Below, in pieces: positions 9,256 to 18,915 of a stretch of DNA of 64,000 bases (position 1 is the first letter of the stretch; the number at the start of each line of letters is the position of its first letter). This DNA is from a virus. The notes below the pieces were generated by a model that was not told the origin of the DNA, made no database searches, and saw only the letters and a list, made by a program, of their open reading frames with translations. The position numbers and the translations under genes were made by a program. Location: positions 4,061-68,060 of IMG/VR virus record IMGVR_UViG_3300012920_000031; one strand, given 5' to 3'.

Positions 9256-10105
9256 TTTCTATCATTCTCCTATGGTGGTAAGGTTTCATAAATTCTCTTG
9301 TGGGTCTAGGTATCTTCATTTCCGAAGTGTAGTATTGCTGTAAGCTGTCCCAACTATCTAGGTCATAATACTCAGGCACTTCAACTTTCTTATCTATTGA
9401 TATTACATCAACATTGAATATTTTGTCAAGAGTAAAATGACGACTAGACCATCTTTCTTGAAAGGGTATATCTCTATTACCACCACTACACTGATTCTTT
9501 ACATGATGTTTGAATTTTGGCCAGTCTTCCGGGAAAAATGTAAATCCCAAATATAAACCATCTCTTGCTGTTTGTCCTTGGTGGGATAAGAAGAAAGATT
9601 TTGGTCCCCTTATGGCGTCTCTATGATCTCTCACAATCCCTGTATGATAAAGGCCGTACGGAAAAGAAACAAAATATTTTGTTGGTAGCACCCACTGACT
9701 CATTTTGTCAGATATTTGAAATGCCATGAGCGCGCCGTGTAGTGCTGACCAACCCAAACTATCTCTTCTATCTCTATCTTTTTGCGATAAAGGCGTGTAG
9801 AAAATAGGTATCCATTTTTTATGATAATCCTTATTCTTGACAAAATCTTTTTGTTCAAAATATTTCGGTGACATGACATAATCTCCCAATCTTTGCTTTA
9901 CTATGGGAGCGATATCGTCACCGCATACAACCCATATTGAATCACACCCAGCGTATGCGCATTCATATATGGATCGTTCAACAGCTAGCATACCCTGTCT
10001 AATGGGTTGTAGGTAATCTGGCCACGGAAAATCAAATGATTTTTTTCGGCCGGTCAAGGGCACAATTCCTGCTACGTTCCTACCTTTTGGTGCTTTCTTC
10101 AACAA
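9248..10105 (-). CDS. Divergent sugar-nucleotidyltransferase-fold protein
   Basis: AGIVPLTG...PDYLQPI...AVERSIYECAYAGCDSIWVV resembles the NTP_transferase N-terminus; canonical GxGTR/PK motif is degenerate. Confidence 0.55.
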   Translation of the reverse strand: MLKKAPKGRNVAGIVPLTGRKKSFDFPWPDYLQPIRQGMLAVERSIYECAYAGCDSIWVVCGDDIAPIVKQRLGDYVMSPKYFEQKDFVKNKDYHKKWIPIFYTPLSQKDRDRRDSLGWSALHGALMAFQISDKMSQWVLPTKYFVSFPYGLYHTGIVRDHRDAIRGPKSFFLSHQGQTARDGLYLGFTFFPEDWPKFKHHVKNQCSGGNRDIPFQERWSSRHFTLDKIFNVDVISIDKKVEVPEYYDLDSWDSLQQYYTSEMKIPRPTREFMKPYHHRRMIENE

Positions 10106-10832
10106 TTTCCTCCATAGAAAGATTCATGATCTTGACATTTTCTGTGTCTGCATATACGTTGTTGTCTTTTTGAAAGATTAATCTGTTTACATGCTTCACT
10201 TTTGGTTTTCGATACTTTGGCTTTCCACTTTTATAGTGTTTCATTAGACTACCATAAACCCCAACAGAGGTCAAGTATCTTTCGACCGTGAACCTAGCCA
10301 TTGTATCTGAAAAATCAAAACAATTTATTTGTTCTTGAGTCAATTCTGATTCTACTATGCAGTCTGTAATATATGATGAGCCGTCTACTCGATCTGATGA
10401 ATAAAAGTGTATTTGCTGTGCGAATCCCGGAGTAGATATATTTGGTTGTATCTGTGTTCTAGGTGGGCCTAGTGTTGAAAGTTCAAAATCATCTAGTACA
10501 AGATAGGTTGTTTCGCGAGTTTCTTTAATTTCGTTTTCAAGTTGAATTCCCGTTGAATCAAACACAAAACACTTTTCAAATTTATATTTGTAAACTACAT
10601 TTTGGGCTGTTATTTTTAGTTCATTGTCAACAATTCTTATAGTTTCTGTTTTTTGAAAAGATAATAATTTTGACAACAAACCTAACATGAAGTTTAGCTT
10701 TGGCCAAGCTTCTACGTTTTCACGGTAAAATAAAGGGGGGCTCTCGCGAGTTGGTATGAAATAACACTCATTTATAAGGGCGTAGTGTACAGACTCCAAC
10801 GACGAACCAATGACAACCTTGTCTAGTAGCAT
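10080..10832 (-). CDS. Hypothetical protein with degenerate Rossmann-like N-terminus
   Basis: DKVVIGSSLESVHYA resembles the DVVVIGxGxxG dinucleotide-binding start. Confidence 0.5.
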   Translation of the reverse strand: MLLDKVVIGSSLESVHYALINECYFIPTRESPPLFYRENVEAWPKLNFMLGLLSKLLSFQKTETIRIVDNELKITAQNVVYKYKFEKCFVFDSTGIQLENEIKETRETTYLVLDDFELSTLGPPRTQIQPNISTPGFAQQIHFYSSDRVDGSSYITDCIVESELTQEQINCFDFSDTMARFTVERYLTSVGVYGSLMKHYKSGKPKYRKPKVKHVNRLIFQKDNNVYADTENVKIMNLSMEEIVEESTKR

Positions 10833-12868
10833 ATTCTAAGTCTATAGTCATATCTTGGGTTAGTGGATGCAAACTGAAAACCCGGATGTAACACATTCAT
10901 CCTCATACTTGATGAAGGTGGTGCTAAACAAATCTCATCAAGGATTGACATAAGGTCATCATACATTTGCTGTTGGTTTCTTGATAACTGAAACACTGAA
11001 CCATTACCAGCATCAGCATAGTTGTCCCAAACCCTAGAATTTCTCTCTGCAAATGCATAGAACTTTAAATTTGGAGTTGCTTCGAGGGCGTCCCAAACAA
11101 CATCCGTATTGACCCGTGGTACTAGAAAAGATTGCGCAAATTCGTCACTAAACAGTATTATGATCCTATCTGCATTTGGGCGCCAGTTTACCTTGAAAAA
11201 TTTCAGCTCAGGCACTGACCCCATCCTGTTAGACCAAGTTGCACTTGCAAAATCATATTGAACATTTCCAGAAATATTTTGTAATGCGAGAATAATTGCA
11301 TCCTTGAATTGCTCATTACCTGTCTGGTTATCAAATTGCCCTACATTTGCAAAAGCAGTTAGAAAATCTTCTAAATCTGCAATATCAGACTGCAATATCA
11401 GCATCTCCTGTATTCCCCCGGGACCAGGCGCAGCTTTAGGGCCAACAATCAGTCCCCACTTTAGCTTATCCTCTGCAGAAAAATCTTGAGCAAACCTATT
11501 CATAGCCATCCTAACAGCATTTATATAATTCTCCATAGAGCCTGACCAGTCAACTAAGAAAAGAATATCAGTTTCTGGTATCTCTTCTCCGTAATCAACA
11601 ATACCGTCACAATCGTTGTCGGCGCCGTCGCAAATCTCTTCACTCGGCAATGTTTCACCTCCGCAAAAATCAACGACTTGGGCGCCCTGAGGAGTGCGGC
11701 CATACCACTGACCTCTATTGCAAGTTTGTTCTCCCATTGAGCATACTCCTACGTTTAAAGTGCCCTCAGGGCCGGTGTAACACTCTCTCGTTATACGTTC
11801 ATCGGTAAGCAAGTCACAATCTTCGTCAAAGTTATTACAAACCTCAGCGTCTATAGCTAGACCCACTAGAGGATCGCAAGGGGTATTTGGAGAGATCTCT
11901 GGCACCCAATGACATGCAGCAAAACACTCCGTCATTTGGGTAACTTCACACTCTTCTGTCAAACATTCGCAGGTTTTAAATCCCATACCACAAGTAAGAG
12001 GGGATTCCATACATGGAACTAAAGCTCCAACCATTTCAGGAGGGCATTGGCAGTTTAGACCCTCATCCACTAGGTTATCGCAATCATTATCCTCACCATC
12101 GCACTCTTCGTCAGCTGGACGTTGAGCTGTGCAGCCAATCCAATCTCCATTTCCACAAATCTCCAGACCTGAATTGCAAATGGTGGTACACTCTCTTATC
12201 AGTTGCTCGTCTACTGCACCATCGCAATCATTATCAAGGCCGTCACAAATATCCTCCGGCACTTGCCCACAGCCACCACAAGCATTCAGTTGGTTTTCAT
12301 CCACATTCCCGTCACAGTCGTTGTCGTTACCATCGCACACCTCCTCCTCTTCAAAGCAGGTCACACACTCTCCATAATACAAACGTCCTTTGTCACACCT
12401 GACTTGCTGAGTTCCAGATGTGCCGTCTATATCGCAATCATAATACATGGTGAAATCCTCGTTGATACCAGGAGGACAATCAAAAGCATGCGTACAACCT
12501 GTCTCTTCAATAATCTCGGCAGGAGGACAATTTGGGTCTCTGTTTCTGTCACAGGGATTCATGTTCTCATCACAAATATCTAACACCGCATACTTTGCCT
12601 GTATTTCCACACCTCGCGGTGGACAATACCAAGTTTGTTGTTGGCAACAGTTCGGGTTGCAGTCGCAAAACCTAGGATGGGTATTTTGCAAATCCGCGCA
12701 GGGGTCGACCCAAGCGTCAACCGTAATGTCCGGTACTTGAACTACCTGAACATCAACTGATGTCGAATCTGAGGTTAGAGTCCTGATACTTTCAGCATCT
12801 AAGCCTCCAGTCGTATTGCTGCTGTCTGAGCATGCAAATAAAAAAAGTAAAAGTGTTATTTTCTTCAT
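10823..12868 (-). CDS. Lipoprotein with Cys-rich CDGxDNDCDG repeats and C-terminal vWA domain
   Basis: Start reassigned to ATG 12868 (TGATG overlap with thyX, GGAG SD). Lipobox MKKITLLLFLFA|C; five E.CDG.DNDCD-type repeats; MIDAS DILFLVDWSGSM and ILFSDE. Confidence 0.85.
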   Translation of the reverse strand: MKKITLLLFLFACSDSSNTTGGLDAESIRTLTSDSTSVDVQVVQVPDITVDAWVDPCADLQNTHPRFCDCNPNCCQQQTWYCPPRGVEIQAKYAVLDICDENMNPCDRNRDPNCPPAEIIEETGCTHAFDCPPGINEDFTMYYDCDIDGTSGTQQVRCDKGRLYYGECVTCFEEEEVCDGNDNDCDGNVDENQLNACGGCGQVPEDICDGLDNDCDGAVDEQLIRECTTICNSGLEICGNGDWIGCTAQRPADEECDGEDNDCDNLVDEGLNCQCPPEMVGALVPCMESPLTCGMGFKTCECLTEECEVTQMTECFAACHWVPEISPNTPCDPLVGLAIDAEVCNNFDEDCDLLTDERITRECYTGPEGTLNVGVCSMGEQTCNRGQWYGRTPQGAQVVDFCGGETLPSEEICDGADNDCDGIVDYGEEIPETDILFLVDWSGSMENYINAVRMAMNRFAQDFSAEDKLKWGLIVGPKAAPGPGGIQEMLILQSDIADLEDFLTAFANVGQFDNQTGNEQFKDAIILALQNISGNVQYDFASATWSNRMGSVPELKFFKVNWRPNADRIIILFSDEFAQSFLVPRVNTDVVWDALEATPNLKFYAFAERNSRVWDNYADAGNGSVFQLSRNQQQMYDDLMSILDEICLAPPSSSMRMNVLHPGFQFASTNPRYDYRLRICY
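11590..12345 (-). repeat. Protein-level Cys/Asp repeats (Cu-binding_MopE-like putative metal-binding motif)
   Basis: EVCDGNDNDCDGNVDE, DICDGLDNDCDGAVDE, EECDGEDNDCDNLVDE, EVCNNFDEDCDLLTDE, EICDGADNDCDGIVD. Confidence 0.8.
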
Positions 12869-13572
12869 CAATGCTCCATTTTGTGTTTCATATAAGATCC
12901 TACAGAGTGAGGGAAATACTGCTTTGCGATTTTGAGGCAAGCTTTAGCAACCTGTTGAATTTCCCATTGAGCACCCTCATGGACCCTAAGAGAAACAAAC
13001 TTCAGCAAGTTGTGTAAATTCACAGTGCCAAAGTACTGTGTATAAAGGTTTTGTGGTAAGACACCGCGGGCTTGTTCTCGACATACACCAGAAGATAATA
13101 AATTATCAAAAAGTTTCAAACACTCTTTGTGGTGCGCCCTCACCATTTCTGAAGCTAGCCCAGATACAGGTAGTCCTGACCTATTGTATTCCACTATAGG
13201 ATCCACTAGCTCTTCTGTACTAGCTTGCCTATTGCTTTTGTGCTGTGTTCTAAACCGTTTTGGTTCGTAAAACTGAATGTCTACTGAGGTATAGCGTCTG
13301 CTAATTTCATTATAGGCCCAAGTACGGTGTCGATGATGCTGGGAACGTATAAATAAAGGCAAAGTGAATTTATAAGTCAACGCACAGTGTTCAAACGGGG
13401 AACTGTGATTGTGTTTCATCAGATAATTTATGAGTTTGATGTCTTTTTCGTCGACGTCTTGCTTTTCTGATCCGAAAGAGACCCGCGCAGCATTAACAAC
13501 TGACAGATCTGTACCCATATGTGAAACGTATTCAACCGCACCTATATCGTCCCCAAATAAGTCAACTTTCAT
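12868..13572 (-). CDS. thyX: Flavin-dependent thymidylate synthase
   Basis: AARVSF, HSSPFEH, RHR-x7-SRRY, EQARGVLP, AQWEI. Confidence 0.95.
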   Translation of the reverse strand: MKVDLFGDDIGAVEYVSHMGTDLSVVNAARVSFGSEKQDVDEKDIKLINYLMKHNHSSPFEHCALTYKFTLPLFIRSQHHRHRTWAYNEISRRYTSVDIQFYEPKRFRTQHKSNRQASTEELVDPIVEYNRSGLPVSGLASEMVRAHHKECLKLFDNLLSSGVCREQARGVLPQNLYTQYFGTVNLHNLLKFVSLRVHEGAQWEIQQVAKACLKIAKQYFPHSVGSYMKHKMEH

Positions 13573-13867
13573 CAGGCCTCCTGTAGACTCCTACTACATA
13601 GTTTTCCAAAATCATATAATGAGTTTTGTCTTTCAAGGTTACCTCTTGAATCATAGATTTATCTACAACAATCCTATTGTTATCGAGGTTACCATATCGA
13701 AGATGGCGGAACTGCTTATCGCAATCTGCGGCGATGTCAATCACTGATGCTTCAATATATTGATCTTGTTCCGGGCTATAGTCCTCTGGTAAGATTACGC
13801 CAGTGGATGTTTCATTCTTTTTTACATGTGGTACAATAAGCAAATGCCTATTTACCGGCTTTAGCAT
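13562..13867 (-). CDS. GroES-like co-chaperonin
   Basis: MLKPVNRHLLI...ETSTGVILPE mobile loop; start reassigned to ATG 13867. Confidence 0.75.
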   Translation of the reverse strand: MLKPVNRHLLIVPHVKKNETSTGVILPEDYSPEQDQYIEASVIDIAADCDKQFRHLRYGNLDNNRIVVDKSMIQEVTLKDKTHYMILENYVVGVYRRPDES

Positions 13868-13874
13868 TTCCACT

Positions 13875-14147
13875 CTAGAGACCATTGATCCTCCCCACAG
13901 ATCGCTGACACTTGTTCACATAGTCTGTTAAAATTTCCATATCTGTTTCAGATTTGTATAGTCTATACGCTTTTACAGCCAATCTCATTTCTTCTTTTGT
14001 AAGCCACCCGTTTTCATTATAGGATTCTCGTAAATCCTTTCGCTGTTCTTTGAATGGCTCCATTGCATCTTCAATGGCAACAAATGTCTTAATGTAATTT
14101 GCGAGGTGTTCCTCTTTGGTTAGTAGTCTATCGTCGTTAGAACTCAT
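13875..14147 (-). CDS. Small helical dsDNA-binding protein (T4 DsbA/GapR-like)
   Basis: LANYIKTFVAIEDAMEPFKEQRKDLRESY...AVKAYRLYK pattern and 90-aa size. Confidence 0.5.
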   Translation of the reverse strand: MSSNDDRLLTKEEHLANYIKTFVAIEDAMEPFKEQRKDLRESYNENGWLTKEEMRLAVKAYRLYKSETDMEILTDYVNKCQRSVGRINGL

Positions 14148-14178
14148 AATTTATCCTTTCATGTTGAGTTGTAATACA

Positions 14179-14207
14179 ATAATAGTATATTTTATCAGGT
14201 TTGTCAA
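14179..14207 (-). promoter_or_regulatory. Sigma70-like promoter
   Basis: TTGACA-17 nt-TATTAT. Confidence 0.75.
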
Positions 14208-14213
14208 GGGTTT

Positions 14214-14528
14214 TTAAATAGAAAAACTTTCTCCGCAGCCACAAGTTCTTTTTGCGTTAGGGTTTACAAATTTAAATCCAGACTGATTAAGTTCATCTAC
14301 AAAGTCAATCTCTGTACCCATAAGATATAGAAAACTTTTTGGGTCAAGATAAATCTCTATGTCCTTATCAGTAATGACCCTATCATTGTCCTTTTGATTA
14401 TCAAACAATAATTTATAAGTAAAGCCAGAGCACCCGCCGCCCTGTACAGCGGCGCGCACACCTGTCTCCTCTTTTTCTAAAAGCAAGGTTTTCATTTTGT
14501 TGGCTGCAGATTCAGTTAAAGTAATCAT
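14214..14528 (-). CDS. iscA: A-type Fe-S cluster carrier (IscA/ErpA/HesB family)
   Basis: GGGCSGFTY and NPNAKRTCGCGESF. Confidence 0.93.
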   Translation of the reverse strand: MITLTESAANKMKTLLLEKEETGVRAAVQGGGCSGFTYKLLFDNQKDNDRVITDKDIEIYLDPKSFLYLMGTEIDFVDELNQSGFKFVNPNAKRTCGCGESFSI

Positions 14529-16387
14529 ACAAATTTCACTTCACAAGCGCCTCCGGCGCAAGCAACTTCACCTTTAAGATCCGTATTATCCTCTTCTTCT
14601 GTGACCTTAGTAAGATCTATAGATGTCAAGGAACCCAAAAGCGCTTCATATGTCTCTTTCGAACAATCTTCAAAAGGAGCCTGCTTGTAAGTATGGTCTG
14701 AGAATGGAAGCACCGACAAACCATTATAACTACTTCTATTCTCCCACATCCACTCTCCCACATCAACCCATTCTGCATCTTTTATTGAGATAGTTGCCGA
14801 AATGTTGTGGGTGTTTTGGCCCTTGCGGAAACCTGGTTTTACCCACTCATCTGTTACGTGTTTCACTCTTTTGAGAAGTTGTAGTGCTGATTCTGTCCTT
14901 AAAATAGACCCCTCTGGAGCCTTTTGCGGAATAGAAATAACAGCCGTCGTGTGAGGGCTAAAGTATTCATCTTCAATCAGTTCTGGGTGATTTTCAGCTA
15001 AGTATGTATAGATTGGTTCATTCTTGCCGACTCGAACGCGTCGAATATAATAATCGTTGTGCCAAGCGTGAATACCTGAAGAGGTACCAAGAGTCAAAGA
15101 CGTAGTGCCCGCGGGCTTTACACAAGTTGTTCTTGCGGCTGGCTTAATACCCAACAACTCAGCCACTCTAGTATTTTCTTGTTTGACGCAACTTGCCGCT
15201 TCTTTCATATCAAGTTCTAACACTGCACCGGAGGCAATACCCGTCATTGAAACTCCAATAAGAGCATCTTTTTCAGTGGTCCTGCGCCAGATGTCGCGAA
15301 GATAATGGAAATCTGTATAGCTTGCCTGCAGGGTCCCAATAAAAGTTGCTGCTTTTACACGTTCATTAAGATCTTCTTGGCTTTCCACATTTGAAACATT
15401 GACTTCAGTCAAGTTACAAAACTGGTATGGTCGTAAACCAATCTCACAACAAGGGTTCGTGCCCCAGTCCTTATCATTCGAAAAATAGAAACCGGGCTCA
15501 CCTGCTCCTGATGCTTTCACTCTGTCCCACAAATTCATGAAGTATTCTTTATCAATCTTGTGGCGCAGCAAAACAACAGAATTATTGGCTCTACCTCGTT
15601 GTGGATTGGTTTCCCACCAGTTACCTGTTTTTGCAGCAATCATGTCCTCATCATCTGCCGAGAACAAAGAAATGAGAGCAGCCCGACGAATACCACCTGC
15701 CAGTACAGCGTCTGCTATATGACAAATCATATCGTGTACTTCGATTGGCGTTAGCTTATCTCCATTTTCCTTCTGTGAAAGCATTCCCTCTAACTTTACC
15801 AGGCACTCACGCAGGGGTTGAGGTCCTGGGGCCTTGCCTCCAGAAGTAATGAGAGCAGCACCCTTCGGGCGAATGTCCGTATAGTCAAAACGAAGCCTTG
15901 ATCCTCCTCTAAAATAAGAATTGACCAGAGTCTTTACAGCATCTGCCCAACCTTCAATAGAGTCATTGACAAGGAACCTTCTTGTACGATTCATGTTTGG
16001 TCTAGTAATTTCTGGTAATTTTTCAACGTGATGCTTTTGTACAGAATACCCAACGCCAGTTCCGCCGAGAAGAAGAAACATTGCTTCTCCAAAGCATCTC
16101 CAGTCATCGGCTGGCATAAAAGCGCAGTTGAAAATTCTATTTGGGGCTACTTCAATCGGCTTACCACCGAACTGCATTGATCGCATTGATGGTAATACTT
16201 TCTTATCAAAAACCATTTTATATGCTTTTCTAATTTGAAGTTCCAACTCTGGAAACTTCTTGAGATGCATGTTCATATTTCTAGTAACAAGTTCATCCCA
16301 TGTCTCTCTTCTTTTCTCTTTTTCCAAGTACCTTGCGTACTTCATGTGTACTGTGATCTCTGATAATATTTGATTTGATAGCTCCAT
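14525..16387 (-). CDS. nrdJ: Class II (B12-dependent, monomeric RTPR-type) ribonucleotide reductase
   Basis: FNCAF, GGIRRAA, TNPCCEI, FCNLTE, KPAGT, C-terminal ACAGGACE; no small subunit gene nearby. Confidence 0.9.
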   Translation of the reverse strand: MELSNQILSEITVHMKYARYLEKEKRRETWDELVTRNMNMHLKKFPELELQIRKAYKMVFDKKVLPSMRSMQFGGKPIEVAPNRIFNCAFMPADDWRCFGEAMFLLLGGTGVGYSVQKHHVEKLPEITRPNMNRTRRFLVNDSIEGWADAVKTLVNSYFRGGSRLRFDYTDIRPKGAALITSGGKAPGPQPLRECLVKLEGMLSQKENGDKLTPIEVHDMICHIADAVLAGGIRRAALISLFSADDEDMIAAKTGNWWETNPQRGRANNSVVLLRHKIDKEYFMNLWDRVKASGAGEPGFYFSNDKDWGTNPCCEIGLRPYQFCNLTEVNVSNVESQEDLNERVKAATFIGTLQASYTDFHYLRDIWRRTTEKDALIGVSMTGIASGAVLELDMKEAASCVKQENTRVAELLGIKPAARTTCVKPAGTTSLTLGTSSGIHAWHNDYYIRRVRVGKNEPIYTYLAENHPELIEDEYFSPHTTAVISIPQKAPEGSILRTESALQLLKRVKHVTDEWVKPGFRKGQNTHNISATISIKDAEWVDVGEWMWENRSSYNGLSVLPFSDHTYKQAPFEDCSKETYEALLGSLTSIDLTKVTEEEDNTDLKGEVACAGGACEVKFV

Positions 16388-17766
16388 TAATTTTTTCCTC
16401 CTTCTTTTTTAAAAGCCTTATATCTTTCACGAAGACTATTGATCCTCGCTTCTTCACTCTTTTGGACAATATCATTTACTGTTTCACCTGTTTTGGGTAA
16501 AACTTTTATACATACATTGCTTGTATCCATGAAAATTGGATACACTAATCCATCTGGACCATTGCGGTTCTTCGCCACGAAGATGCGGCCCTGGTTAGTA
16601 TTCTTATCTTCTACAGTTCTCGACACTGTAAAGATAAAATCTGCTACAAAGCATTTGTTGAACGCCTCAGAGATTGATTCCATAGTAATCACTTCAGCGT
16701 TGATTCCAGATCTGTTGGTTTGCGATGCCGTCCAGACAGGACATTCGCAAATTTGAGCTATTCCTCTAAGCTCTTCGTAAATAGTTTCGAGTTGGTGCCT
16801 TTTCTCATCTTTTCTGCTATTTTCTGGTCGAATTAGGTCTCCGTAGTCTACAATGATCATATCTGGGACAAAATTACGCCTTTTTAGCTTCTCAATGTGA
16901 TTTTTGATTGTTTGGATACTAGCGCTTCTTGTTGGGTATTCTTTGATGATTAGCTTACCATCAATTTCTCTGATTTCGTCGTAAATCTTTTCTTTGAAAA
17001 CTGCTAGGTTCTTGAGTTCAACACCTGTGATAGCAGCATCATAACGACCACCCACCACAGTATCCGCAAGCTCAAGCGTATAATGAAGAACATTTTTTCC
17101 GGACTTAAGAGCTTGAGCGCCGAGATGAACAAGGACCATTGATTTGCCAGCACCAGTAGGAGCAACAACAACGCCAAGCTCGCCTTTCCCAAGACCTCCT
17201 TTAGAAATTTCATCAATGTCTCTCCATCCTGTTGTTACAGGGTCTCTGGCTTTTTTTACAAACCTAGCTTCGAAATCCACAAGATAATCATAACCCAAAG
17301 TATTGTCTGATCCTAACTTTAGCGCGTCGTCTATAACTTTAGAAACTTCATCAAATGAAGAAGACTTTATTAGCTCTACAGACTTTATTAGGGCTTCTTT
17401 GAGTTTTTGTTTTTTACAAAAATCAAGAGCAGTATCTTTAATGAAGTCAGCGCCGGCCGGAAGTTCACCGTTGGCCAACACTCTAGCATAGTAGTCTCTG
17501 ATCCTCGTCTTGACTGACTCTTGCTCTCCCTCCAAACCTGTTCGTAAGATGGACAGCATAATGTTAGATGTGGGATGGACTCCATACTTTTCTCGATACT
17601 CCTTGATCTTTCTAATAAAGACCCGTAAATGCTTTAGTTCTAAAAAGTTCAAATCCAGCACTTCAAACATTTGGTCTGCAAATGTTCTGTCATTTAAGAC
17701 AAGATGACACATGTCCTCTTGAAATGTTTTCCCGAACTTAGAAAAACTCTTCTTTTCTTGTTCCAT
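16387..17766 (-). CDS. DnaB/T4 gp41-like replicative helicase
   Basis: APTGAGKS, TLE, IIVDYGDL, TASQTNRSG, KNRNG. Confidence 0.92.
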   Translation of the reverse strand: MEQEKKSFSKFGKTFQEDMCHLVLNDRTFADQMFEVLDLNFLELKHLRVFIRKIKEYREKYGVHPTSNIMLSILRTGLEGEQESVKTRIRDYYARVLANGELPAGADFIKDTALDFCKKQKLKEALIKSVELIKSSSFDEVSKVIDDALKLGSDNTLGYDYLVDFEARFVKKARDPVTTGWRDIDEISKGGLGKGELGVVVAPTGAGKSMVLVHLGAQALKSGKNVLHYTLELADTVVGGRYDAAITGVELKNLAVFKEKIYDEIREIDGKLIIKEYPTRSASIQTIKNHIEKLKRRNFVPDMIIVDYGDLIRPENSRKDEKRHQLETIYEELRGIAQICECPVWTASQTNRSGINAEVITMESISEAFNKCFVADFIFTVSRTVEDKNTNQGRIFVAKNRNGPDGLVYPIFMDTSNVCIKVLPKTGETVNDIVQKSEEARINSLRERYKAFKKEGGKN

Positions 17767-17802
17767 TAAGGTTCCTTTGTATGTATGTGACTATAACACA
17801 AA

Positions 17803-18765
17803 TCACTGAGAAAAGGAAGTAATAATATGGTTAAATCTTTGTTCCAAATCTGTGGTTGTCACAGTGAGTACTCCATCTTGGAGCATCAGTTTTCTGATTT
17901 CCGTTTGATTATAGTGTGGCTTATATTGCTCAAACGTATCGTCGATCCCTTGTTTAGCTTGTATTGATAGCATGGGTGAAGATAGCTGCATAATATCATA
18001 ATTATTTTCTATTAACTCCTCGTTTTCTAAGATGTTTGTGTACACTTTCTGTTTGTTGTCTGGTTTTTCACATTCAGCGATAACATCAGATAAGTAGTAT
18101 GTTTTTTCTTCTTTCAGAAAAGAAAATCGTTTTGCAACAGTTTCCATACCCACTCTGGGTACACCCGGTAGATTATCTGAAGAGTCTCCAACAATGGCTC
18201 TAGCAAGGGCAAAATTAGTTGGGTGGATACCAAACTTATCCACAACATTGTTCTTATTGAGATACTCTTTTTGAATTGGCCTGTGCAGGATAGTTTTATC
18301 ATCTAAGAGTTGGATAAAATCTTTATCTGCGGATACAATTACTTTTTGCCACTCTGAAAAAATGGGACTGTTTTTAATGTAAGATATCACATCATCAGCC
18401 TCCACAAGCGGCTCCATAAACTGGATTACTGGAGTTTGATTGAAGTATTCGATTACACGCATTTGTTGCCAAACTTTATTTTCTGTAATATCTTCTTCAA
18501 CCATTCCAACCTGAGACCAGTTGGTTCTCGGTGGTTTTCTTCCACCTTTGTATGACTTGTTCATGCTGCGGCGTTTCTTACTACCGCCCTTACCATCCCA
18601 AACAAGAACAAGTAGATCTGGCTTGACCTCTCTTGTCAGCTTGTTGAAGATATTGATAAAAGTGCGAATACCGCCGATTGGAGACCCGTTCGGGTTCTTG
18701 CTAGGATCTACTATATATCCGCGGATAAATTGATTGTACGCGTCTACTATCATTACTCTTTTCAT
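17803..18765 (-). CDS. 5'-3' exonuclease/flap endonuclease (PolI 5' domain/T4 RNase H family)
   Basis: IVDAYN, WDG, YKGGR, EADDVI, SADKDFIQL, GDSSDNLPGV; start reassigned to ATG 18765. Confidence 0.92.
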   Translation of the reverse strand: MKRVMIVDAYNQFIRGYIVDPSKNPNGSPIGGIRTFINIFNKLTREVKPDLLVLVWDGKGGSKKRRSMNKSYKGGRKPPRTNWSQVGMVEEDITENKVWQQMRVIEYFNQTPVIQFMEPLVEADDVISYIKNSPIFSEWQKVIVSADKDFIQLLDDKTILHRPIQKEYLNKNNVVDKFGIHPTNFALARAIVGDSSDNLPGVPRVGMETVAKRFSFLKEEKTYYLSDVIAECEKPDNKQKVYTNILENEELIENNYDIMQLSSPMLSIQAKQGIDDTFEQYKPHYNQTEIRKLMLQDGVLTVTTTDLEQRFNHIITSFSQ

Positions 18766-18766
18766 T

Positions 18767-18862
18767 TTAGTTTCTCTTCCATTTATGTAGGGCCAATCCA
18801 ATGATCAACATACCAACTGCAGTGTAAATAAAATTAGTATCACTTAGTATTCCTTCAAACAT
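18767..18862 (-). CDS. 31-aa single-pass membrane peptide (not in ORF track)
   Basis: AAGGAGG SD; MFEGILSDTNFIYTAVGMLIIGLALHKWKRN; stop lies 1 nt before the exonuclease ATG. Confidence 0.7.
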   Translation of the reverse strand: MFEGILSDTNFIYTAVGMLIIGLALHKWKRN

Positions 18863-18883
18863 ATTATTTCCTCCTTTAGATAG

Positions 18884-18909
18884 AAAAAAGCCCGGCATAG
18901 AGCCGGGCT
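18884..18909 (-). terminator. Rho-independent terminator after recA
   Basis: AGCCCGGCTCTATGCCGGGCTTTTTT. Confidence 0.8.
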
Positions 18910-18915
18910 ATAAGA

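Noticed and set aside
12869-12940. N-terminal extension of the vWA protein as given in the ORF track
   Set aside because: It overlaps thyX. ATG 12868 has an SD, a stop-start overlap, and yields a clean lipoprotein signal.
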